From Gnetum montanum (taxonomy: Eukaryota > Plantae > Gnetophyta), in the NCBI GenBank assembly GCA_015680685.1, contig MNCI01000357.1:94450-156166 (forward strand): a stretch of DNA of 61,717 bases, read 5' to 3'. The notes under the pieces were generated by a model. That model was not told the DNA's origin and did no database searches. It was given only the letters and a program-made list of their open reading frames with translations. Position numbers and translations under genes: made by a program. Positions 52,100 to 61,717 of this stretch are shown in pieces (the first letter of the stretch is position 1; every line of letters begins with the position of its first letter).

Positions 52100-52363
52100 C
52101 AAGTGGATGCGTTTTGTAGGGTTCTCCAAAACATCAATTTTCCCATGTGTTGTGACGAAGTACGGTAGGTTCATTCTTATAGTTTGGGTTGTGAGATCAC
52201 ATTTCTGCATGTCCATACATTGATCGAACATCATGCATCCAATCATGGTTTTATTCATGTTAATCATAGTTTCATCGTTACATAGATAGGCCACCAACCA
52301 TCCATATCATAGGTTTCTTTACACCCTAAAGAGAACAACCGTAACATGTCTTGCTTATTGCAG

Positions 52364-52517
52364 CCCTGTTGAAGTGCTTATGTCAGAGGATGTCTCTCAG
52401 GCAATTTACTGCCATCTTTTGTGTGGCCTTCTCCATTCAAAAGATGTTTGGTGCATCGATGGACGGTTTTCCTTCAACGTGGTTTCTGCCTTCAGCTTCC
52501 TTGCTGCATCTTGGCAG
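52364..52517 (+). pseudogene. GH3: GH3 exon 4
   Basis: TTGCAG acceptor; (S)PVEVLMSEDVSQAIYCHLLCGLLH...FLAASWQ; GT donor at 52518. Confidence 0.93.
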
Positions 52518-52659
52518 GTGAACATTATAATCCACATATGCAAAGCTAAAACTGATTAATTTCATTTAACCACATTATCTCATTTCTACTGCCAATGCCT
52601 CTGAAACACCTTATTGTTTGAAAAACTGCAGTATTGACATTAAAATTTCACTTTTGCAG

Positions 52660-53197
52660 CGTTCGTGCTTGGACATTCGGTATGGGGAGCTGAATCCAAT
52701 AATAACAGACCCCTCTCTGAGTGAAGTCGTGGGCAGAAAATTGAAAGCAGACCCAGAATTGGCGGACAGAATTGAGAAAGAATGCAGGGGCAGCTCCCCA
52801 TCTGAGTGAAGTCATGGGCAGGAATAGTAAGAAAATTATGGCCTAATGCAGTGATGGTAAACTGCAGAACATCAGGACCCACATTCAAATCATACTTACC
52901 CCCCATCAATTTCTACACCGGGAAACTCCCCATATACGGTGCCTCTTATAGTGTCTCAGAAGGAGGCAGCCTGGCTATTTCAATTTCTCTCCAGAGAAAC
53001 CCTGCAGAAGAATCTCTCAACATTTCTGCCGGATGCTGCTTTTTTTGAGTTCCTTCTTCGGCAGAAACCCAGTGATGTTGAAGCAGAAAGTAGCGTTGGA
53101 GGCTCCAGTTTTGTTTATTCTTCAGAGACCACAACAGTGGAGATCGATGGTGTCAAAATAGGGGAATATCATCAACCCGTAGTAACCAATTTCCAAG
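52660..53197 (+). pseudogene. GH3: GH3 exon 5 (two frameshifts)
   Basis: CLDIRYGELNPIITDPSL..DPELADRIEKEC / WAGIVRKLWPNA..YSVSEG / FLPDAAFFEF..VKIGEYHQPVVTNFQG, spread across three ORF pieces. Confidence 0.93.
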
Positions 53198-53357
53198 GTA
53201 CTAATTAACTTTCCATTACACGTTTGGTTTCTAGCTCGATTAATCTGACAAATCTAGTTTTCAAAAAATCGGCACTGTATATTACTGAAGGTTGAGCCGG
53301 TCTTTTTCTATTCTTGACTTATCATGGGTGGATATTGCATTTATGGAAATTGAACAG

Positions 53358-53941
53358 GACTGTACAGGTACAAGCAATCTGACATTATAAGAATCAAAGG
53401 CTTCCAAGGGGAAAGCCCCATATTGGAATTCATCAGCAGAAAAGTTGCCGTGCTGAGCGTTTATCTGGACAAAACAGATGAAGCAGAGCTCCAGAAGGCC
53501 ATGGAAAAAGCATCTACATTTCTCCAAAAGCATGGTCTGGGTATTCCCGACTAAACCAGCAGTGCTAAGGTATCGTGCAGCCCTGGATACTATGCTATAT
53601 TTGTGGAACTGGGGACGCCTCAGAGTGGCAGAGAAGATCAGGTGGAGGAAGCACAGGAGATGATCTTGCAGGAATGCTGCAGAATTCTGGATGGGTATAA
53701 CAAGGACAGAAAATTTGGCAAAATTGAAGCACTGCAACTATGCATTCTGGAAAGCGGCACTTTCAAGACGGTTATGGGAGAGAGGCTAAGCAAAAGTAGC
53801 TGCATTTCTCAATACAAGCCTTCAAGTGCCATGCCATGGGAATCTGAGCTTGTTACTCGTACTATCAGACCCAGAGTCGTCAAGTCCTTTACTTGTGATC
53901 TGAATGAATGGAACATATTTTCCGGTACAAATCTTCAGTGA
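53358..53941 (+). pseudogene. GH3: GH3 exon 6 (last), premature stop at 53552
   Basis: LYRYKQSDIIRIKGF..VLSVYLDKTDEAELQKAM..D*TS..PGYYAIFVEL..ECC..SGTF..SQYKP. Confidence 0.93.
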
Positions 53942-56539
53942 ATCAACATTAACAACTTTAAAAACACGTGTGTTGAAGATTCAGTTCGGTGTACCCCAGC
54001 TTTTATGTGTGCTTCATTTGATTTCATGCTACCAAATGAGAGAGCAAGAAACTTTAAGTGTTTTCAGAAATTACAAACGTTAACAATGTCTGTTTCTGGA
54101 TTATAACATACCTAGTTTCCATATCTCAAAGCAAGACAAAATTTTTAAAGTAATTTTTAAGGATAAAATTTTTAAAGAAGTTAAGTATTCGTAAGATTGG
54201 ATGGTATGTTTAGGGGATGCATTGGTTGAGAAAATAAAATCTGTCAGGAGGACATGCAGCAAAATCTTAAGCATATTGGCCAACTAGTTAACCTAAAAGT
54301 TTTAAATATTAACATAGATGTAGTATAATGTAAAAGGTAAGAGACTATTACATTCTATGTAATACATTAGGTGCAGAAGTTGACTATCTTTCAGCTACTA
54401 TTCCAATTAAGTATCACAGTGCTATCAACAAGTTTTCCTTAAGTTCTCATTATCTTAAAATTAAAATTGAAAATGGAAGATGGATTCAACTTCTTTGAAA
54501 AGAGCGCATTTGTAGGTTGTGTGGGTGAGGTGAGGATTCTTAGAAAATGAATTAGAGGTGTTTTTTTCTTGTGTTGTGGCTACCCATTTAAAACAACATT
54601 ATAATGTTATAGTAAAAAACTTATATGATTTGTTTTTGATGCCCCTATTAGTGCTTAGTAAATTTGTAGAGTCTATTTTTATTTTTTATAAAAATGTAAT
54701 ATATGTCCAATACATCTGTAAGTCTTGAAACACAATAAAGCTTTAAAATTTTTGTTAATAAATGTTTATATTATATTTTACTAAATTTCTATAACGTAAC
54801 TTTGTTCTGCAGCTATCAAAGTGCAACAATAGTATGAAAAGGCGTTTTCAAAACCTCTTTGTTAATTTTTGACAGGTGGCTAGCAGAGTTCATGGTTAAA
54901 GCAAACAAAAAGAACAAATAGGTAGTTTAGTCTGGCCGGTGAATTTGGGGCGAACAAGGATTTTACTTGAGGATTCTTGTTTATATCAGAAAAGGAAACA
55001 CTGTAGAGATGGAAAAAATCAGGCACATGCATCAAAGATCTCCTAATAATTGACATGAAGGACAAGCAAACAGAGATGCTGTTGGTTAAGCAGAAAATTC
55101 AAAACCAATGGAGCAGTGTAGATTCTTTTCTAAAATAATTAGAATATGTGAATAATTGACTGAAATTGAAACGTAAACCCTTGGATTTATTGGACAGCAG
55201 CAAATGAAAACCATACTTGTAAACTGAGACTAACGAAACAGAAAAAAAAAAAAAGGCACCGTGAATTTATCTAAAATCAGAATACAGAACAGAGAACATC
55301 CACAGAGAGTACAGTCCGTACACATTGAAAAATCACACTTGCAGCAAACACAGACGTTGCTGAAAATAAAACAGAGTAAACACCGACTTTTTCAGCAGAA
55401 AAAAGCAGAACCTGTTGCACAGTGGAAGAGCACAGATCCGAGCCTGTTATCCGATGTTCACAACTGATGCCTTCATTCATAGATCACGACCATATGTATA
55501 CATGTTCTGAGACGGTCGCTTAATCCATAGTTACCAAAATCAACGTGAAACGAGGTAAGGACTCTTAAGTTACAAATTCTGAAAAGGTATAGCAAGTTGA
55601 TGTTTGTTGTAACTATGGCTCAATCATGCCAATAATTCAATCACACAGTACTAATAATACAACCAATAATTCAGTTAGCTTTCACCGCTAGCAATCTCTC
55701 ATTTGAAGGTGAATTCAAAATGTATATACAAAGTATATGAAGGGTATGACAACGAAGATTGTGTTTAGTTTTTTGTGACATATTTGGTAAGAAAATTTGC
55801 TGCATTAATTTGAACAGACATCTTAAGGGCACACACGGCCTGCTTTGTAATATCTGAAAAATAAAGTGATGTCTAAAATCAATATGTTTATATGAAGCAT
55901 AAAAGGTTTCATTGCTAGCTAAATTTAAAACTCTTCCATTGTCACAATAAATAACATATTCATTTTGTTTTAAGCTAAGACAGTTTAAATGATTTTTAAA
56001 TCATATAATTTCTTTTACTGCTTCTATGCTTCTATTAAAGAAATATATTTAGCTTTATAGTTGAAAATGCGACATTTAGTTGAAGACAAGATATCTAATT
56101 CACAATATTACCTTCCAACAGAAAATGAAACTTAATGTTCATCTTTATAATCTTTGCACATAGTATAATTTGTATCTACAAAGTTGACCGCAATGCAAAT
56201 ATGTATGACCAAAATAGAGACTTAAATCTTGTGTATCTTAACTCTTATATATCATAAAATATATTTGAGAATTTCTTAATGTGTTTGTCCACAATTGGTC
56301 ATAACATAGTATTGCCACCTAACCATGCAATCCCATTAGTGTTCATGTCATCACTAATGAAGTTGGGGCTTGAAGCAGCAACCTTGGATTACCAAATGTT
56401 TGATCATATCTTTAAGGACTACCAACCAACAAAGGTCCAACTTTGAAATGAGAAATTCATGGATACTCACCATGAAGCTTCCAAAAGAAAAAGTGCTTTA
56501 ATCTAACTAACATCATAGTCCAAAAAGGACACCAATCAC

Positions 56540-57872
56540 CCATTAAGAAAATCATAATGTAAAGTTTCTCCTTTCTTTTGTGAAGACAACATAACCCATC
56601 AACGGTTGTGTTCAACCTTGAAAAGAAATCAAGGCAAGGGGAGAGTTAGATCCAAAACAAGAGGGACTTCAAGACCAAGGGCTCCCAATCGATAACCTAG
56701 AGAACAACAAAGGGACTGGAGAAGGAGAGAAAGCCAACATAACTCTCATAACACTTTATCTTTAACTTTATCTTCATCATCAAGATTTGATGAGGAAGAA
56801 AATAACCATGACCAAAGAAAAAATGATCATAGATAAGGAAGAAATGATAGAAGATCCCATCAAAGAGATGAGAGAAGAGAGTGTAGGTAAAAGTAAGAAG
56901 AAGGGGAACACCACCAAGAAAGAAGGCATAGTCAGCAAGACCATAGGAGGCACAAACATGATAGGGGCCATGAGGGATAAGATGCATGTAAAGAACCTTT
57001 CTTAATACCTAGAGAACAATCAACATTTGTAAGGAAATCTATATTTCTAATAAGCATCAAAGGAACAACTAGATCAAATGGCTAGACATGAACAATATCT
57101 GTAAGTTTGAAGGAGGATACAATGTTGACCCTCAACATCACCTATAAGCCTTTCATGATGTCTATGCCTTGAAAAACATTGAGAATGATTGGAAAAAGAT
57201 CAAACTTTTTCTTAGAATACTCACCAAAGAAGCTGAAAGTTGGTGTCAATCCTTAGAACTAGAATCTATCAGAAGATAGAGTATAATGCTAGAGCTATTC
57301 AATGACAAATACCAAACCTACTCTAGAGTGTCCAATTTGAGAAACGAGATCCAAGGATAAATATAAGAATTATAAATCCCTTAATATACTGTTAGGTAGG
57401 TACTATTGTTGAGTTCATAGATGTCTAAGTCATGGCCTCTCTCATAGGAAACAACTGCACCACATCATAGATGAACTCCGAAAAAATATAAAAAAACTCT
57501 TAGGGTCTATGCCTAATGGTGAATATAAAAAATGAAAGCTCATGAGATATGAAGGCTTATCGACCAAGTAGCAAAGGAAGAAGAAGAGTTAAAGTAAATA
57601 GAAAGTACCAAGGAGTATAACAAAGACCCCTCCATCCATAAAAGAAGGTCCATCTCTATAATCAGATGAAGGAGCATTGTAAAACAAGGTTTTGTAGTAG
57701 AAAGCCTTGTCAATCCAAAAATATGTTACTAAAATATCAACTAATATTAACAAGATGTCAGACTCTACTAATGAGAAATTCTAAAATATATTAAAGATCA
57801 TGGAGAAGAAGGTAGAACAAGGGAGAGCCAAAGACAAAGATTAGAAGTAAAAAAAGGACATAGGAAAGGACT
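56540..57872 (+). mobile_element. Older Athila-type gag fragment, interrupted by the next element
   Basis: KFEGGYNVDPQHHL*AFHD..KLF..LTKEAESW..ELFNDKYQTY is homologous to the gag at ~24970-25190. The left boundary is approximate. Confidence 0.8.
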
Positions 57873-58707
57873 TGATGAATCATGATTTTTCAGGCTCTGA
57901 TATCAGACTCTCAATATTGGATACACGATATCACAACCTCACCAGCGATATCAAATACATGATAGCATGGTTCCTGTGTGAGCCTATAAATACACAATTG
58001 GGCACACAGGAGATTCATAGGAAAATTTAGTGTTAGAGTAGGATCTTTTTGTCAGTTTTTAATTCCTCTCAACCCTTTTCCTAGTGCATGCCCACAGTGT
58101 GATGATCATAATTATATAGAACCTTTATTCGAGTGTGACATACTTGGACATGCACATGAATGGCAATAAAGATCAAGATTACTTCATCATTGCAGCATTC
58201 AGTTAGTTTTAATTGTTATTTATTGCTTTCTTACTTAATATCTTTTTACCTTCCTCTCCTATCCTTATTATTAAATGCAAAATGAGTATGAATTAATCAT
58301 GAGCATTTAAGTGTGACTACTTGGTATCCCAGTAGCGTACCTAGGACATGTGCTTGGTAATCCTAGTAGTAGTACATGAGGTCTAAGATGTGTACGAATG
58401 ATTGAGGATGGATGCTCATCACACTTAGGCTCGCTTAGATTCTCTCCTCCCATTCCCTCTTAGCTTAAAAAAAGTTATTTTCCATTGCCTCTAGGAGCAG
58501 CACTAGTCTAGGACCACATAATACAACTCACTCTAGACTAAACCATACATGACAAAGCAAATACTAGTCTAGGTGGGAAGACAATGAACTATGATCAATG
58601 TGTAACTATCTAGATACCACAATTAGCCCATCTACGAAGTTTGATTGGATTGTGTGTGAATGCTTGTATTTGTATGGTTGAGTGTAGGGGTACCTCGCCA
58701 CTCATCA
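57873..58707 (+). repeat. LTR of second Athila family
   Basis: TG...CA ends; the last ~55 bp are similar to the LTR ends at 23919 and 36228. Confidence 0.88.
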
Positions 58708-61605
58708 TTGACGCCATTGTCAGGGATGGTGCTAGTTATTTAGATTAGTTACATTTTTCAAGATCACTGTAATGAAGTCTTGACAATATATCTTTCAGAA
58801 AGAAATAATTGCAAATAAGTCACACAAAAATTCACAACAATGTCTCTCTCACAAGAATGTAACAACTAGTGAGATAATTCATTGGAAAACCAACAAATTA
58901 TATGATGATGAAGATGAAGTTTGGAGTACTCAATCTGATGTAAGGGTCTCCTATATACATAAACAAAGACAACATCATTCCAAATTAGAAATTCATAACA
59001 TACCTAGTAATGATGAACCCTTGTTGGCCACTAAGAGCCTAATGTATATACAAGAGGTTGTTTGAATATCCTGTAGGCATCATAAAGAAAGTCATCTACC
59101 TAGGCTTCATTTAAATAACTTTCCCAAATTTTCAGGAGGCTATGATTTAGATCCGCAACATCATTTACAAGCCTTCCATGATGCCTGTGTATGGAACAAT
59201 ATTGATAATGGATGTCAAAAACTTAAGCTCTTTCCTCTAACACTTTTTGGCCAAGCAAAAGTATGGTATATGTCTTTAAAACCAAAATCAATTTGATGTT
59301 GGCCGACAATGGTGGAACTATTTAATGAAAGATATCAAACCTATGCAAGAGTGTTAGCCTTGAGAATAAAAATCCAAGAATGGAAACATGGGAAACATGA
59401 ACCCTTGGACATGGCCTTAGAAATATATTATACATTATTAAATAACTACCTAGGCCATGGATTCTTTGAGGAAAGGCTAATGTAACACATCATAGATGGG
59501 CTTTGTAATGAAACAAGGGAGACCCTAGGGATGTATGTCCCAAGAAAACTATATGAGCTATGAACCCATAAACTCCAAGAGCTTATTAAGTAGGTAGCAA
59601 AAGAATAAGGAGAAATGGCTAAATGGGAGAATGTTGAAAGCTCTCAATGGGATCAAAATATCAAATTAGCAAAGGTCCATGATCATGAAGAGGAGAAATC
59701 AACTCACCTCAAGAAGGTGAAATCATCTTTTCCAATACTACAATAACTAGATGAAATTGAGGCAAAGATCAATAATATGGTGGAATGGATAGATGAAAAA
59801 TGTAGAGAATATGCCAACACTAGTAGAGGTAGAACCATGACGAACCAAGAAGTAGGATAGAACATCCTTAGACAATCAAAAATAAGGGTTGATGAGAATA
59901 AGAACTTAACTGCTAATCATAGGTATCAATGTAACATTTGCTTATATGATCACCCCAAAGGTCACTACCCAATCCTATCATATTTACATGAGAATTGGAT
60001 AAGAATGTTACATCTTGAGTTCATACAAAAATATTGTGTTCAGTCATAGTGGCAAAAATCCCAGTCGTGGGGGAGGCCACCCTTAAACTAGTCACACCCT
60101 TCATATCATCTGAGCCCAAGCACTTATCAGGTGCAACATCCTACTTCCCCAATTGGGTCAACATCCTCTATCTCATCACATTGTTATCATTCTCCTAGAT
60201 ACTATTAACCCATTTCCTATCCAACACGATCACCACCTCATGTGCCTTACACTTCTCCTCACCCTCCATATTCTTATCCTTCACCTCCTTCTACATCACC
60301 ACCAATTGAACTCGAAGGGTTTACACCACAGCATTGACCCACAAACATTACTTGTGTTACTACTATCAACCGTAGTGGGAATTCTCCACAACATCGAAGG
60401 CATCCCTTCTTTAGACATGACCATAAAAAGGGACAACATAGTTTCAAGACCACTGCATCCTTCCACTCAGCACAAGTTCAACACTGTGGTGCATCTTTCC
60501 CCTTGAACCTAACACCTCTTGAATTAGCAAAGGTCCATGATCATGAAGAGGAGAAATCAACTGTTTGGCCCAATGAATATAGCTACAGAGGGAGACATAT
60601 CGATCCTTGCATACCATCTTATGATCAAGGGTGCCATAGTGGGTCAACTTTGTATCAATTAAACTCATCTTCTAACTTGCCCCACTATGTCAACTTTAAT
60701 ATAGTGTGTGCACCCCAATTTGGGTACATTCCAACCATGACATCAAAAGACACCTAGTGGTTTGGATATGACCAAGTTCCAATATTTCTGAAATGCATGG
60801 ATCCAACCCTTCCATTTATTAATTCTTGCTATGATCAAAAGTTTAGTTATGGGGGATATCCCTCATTCTAACAAATATAATTAATAAATATTTTTTCTTT
60901 TCTTTAATTTTACAATTTTTTGTTTTCTAGTTTTTCATCTTTCAATTTTTTGTTTTATCTTTTTATTGATTGGTTCATTTTTTTATTTATTATTTTATCT
61001 TTCTATCTTTTTATGGGTAATCTCATCTATGAATAAAACACTCATGTGACTCATTGATTGAGGTGTTGTTCTATGCTATCAAGTCTTAGGTGACTAATTA
61101 CTTGGATAGCGAGCCCAGCACATCCACTCATCCATTCTATTAATAAGAGCTTCTACTCTAGGTCTGATGATATTCTTTACATCATTAAAACTTAAAGTAA
61201 TTTTGTTCTCATTATGCCAAGAGAAAAAAATGATGGACTAAGAGGGAATGACCAGGGTGTGACATCAAGGGGACTTGTGGATTCTCTTTGATGACATTTG
61301 TAGGAGTTACCATGTAGCCTAGTTGTACTAAGATCCTTGTAGATATAATGAAAATGGGAGTAAGAGTAATAAAGGCACTCAATAAAAGAAACCTAATGCT
61401 ATTCTAGGGGGCCCACTGGAAAGACATGCACCCATGCCTGAAGGTAGGTGGCTTCTCTGGATTATGCATCAAAAAAATAGAAAAGAAAGAGAAAGAAGAG
61501 AAAGTGTGCCAAAGCAGCCAAACAAAAACAAATGTGCCACAAAGAAATTCCAAATCACTCCTCCCTTGAATGAAATGCCAAGTGATCATACGCCTTGTTA
61601 TCATG
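57873..61605 (+). mobile_element. Athila-type element with LTR, PBS and gag but no pol (5' part)
   Basis: LTR 57873-58707 (TGATGA...TCATCA, TATAAATA ~57984), PBS TGACGCCATTGTCAGGGA, gag FPKFSGGYDLDPQHHLQAFHD..KLFPLTL. It then passes into non-coding DNA like the post-integrase region of the 23008 element. Confidence 0.85.
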
Positions 61606-61670
61606 TGATGAGTGGCGAGGTACCCCTACACTCCACCATACGAATACGAGCGTACACGCACGATCCGGTC
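61606..61670 (-). mobile_element. LTR end of a younger copy of the 57873 family, inverted
   Basis: The reverse complement reads ...GTATGGTGGAGTGTAGGGGTACCTCGCCACTCATCA, matching 58672-58707, with CpGs intact upstream. Confidence 0.85.
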
Positions 61671-61717
61671 NATGTCTTCCCAGGCTTTCTTGTATGTGTC
61701 ACGGTGTATGGTTAAGC

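Larger units (their letters stand above)
19616..52144. mobile_element. Putative giant Mutator-like element (Ulp1 + third gene + SWIM-MULE transposase) in GH3 intron 3
   Basis: Begins GGGAAA (19616) and ends TTTCCC (52144). Contains MULE transposase and Ulp1 remnants, and shared motif clusters throughout. No long TIR or TSD was found, so the boundaries and single-element status are inferred. Confidence 0.55.
12846..53941 (+). pseudogene. GH3: GH3/JAR1-family acyl-acid amido synthetase pseudogene, 6 exons over 41 kb
   Basis: Collinear GH3 motifs in spliced exons: IERIADGD, SSGTTAG, YCHLLCGL, YSVSEG, FFEF, VVTNFQGLYRY, DKTDEAEL, PGYY, QYKP. In-frame stops at 19490 and 53552, frameshifts near 12970, 52805 and 53015, and a TE in exon 1. 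Confidence 0.92.

Noticed and set aside
19607-52153. TSD and long TIRs for the putative Mutator
   Set aside because: Flanks ATCCTTTAT and ATGTGTTGT match poorly, and only ~8 bp of terminal inverted match is visible.

Overview
Repeat-rich, methylated land-plant nuclear DNA; the GH3 intron pattern and TE lineages suggest a non-flowering plant, which is inference. There are three long N gaps. The only host gene I recognise is a GH3/JAR1-type acyl-acid amido synthetase, apparently a pseudogene, in 6 exons over ~41 kb (+, 12846-53941). Its exon 1 is split by a ~4.5 kb hAT-derived insertion. Its third intron (~33 kb) is filled by a putative giant Mutator-like element (~19616-52144). That region holds a Ulp1/C48 protease gene (+), a spliced gene resembling retrotransposon accessory 'env-like' ORFs (-), a SWIM-MULE transposase (-), a 265-bp terminal array and clusters of a fixed-spacing 23-bp motif. 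Nested in it are a full-length degenerate Athila (Ty3/gypsy) element with a large extra ORF and a gene-less Tat-like LTR element. The flanks hold a Sirevirus-like Copia remnant, a 5'-truncated L1, a 133-bp higher-order array and a stack of three nested Athila-type elements. Most listed ORFs are fragments of these decayed elements. The best candidate for an undescribed system is the three-gene Mutator with motif clusters and related arrays, a VANDAL-like architecture with a different third gene. Its function is hypothesis only.
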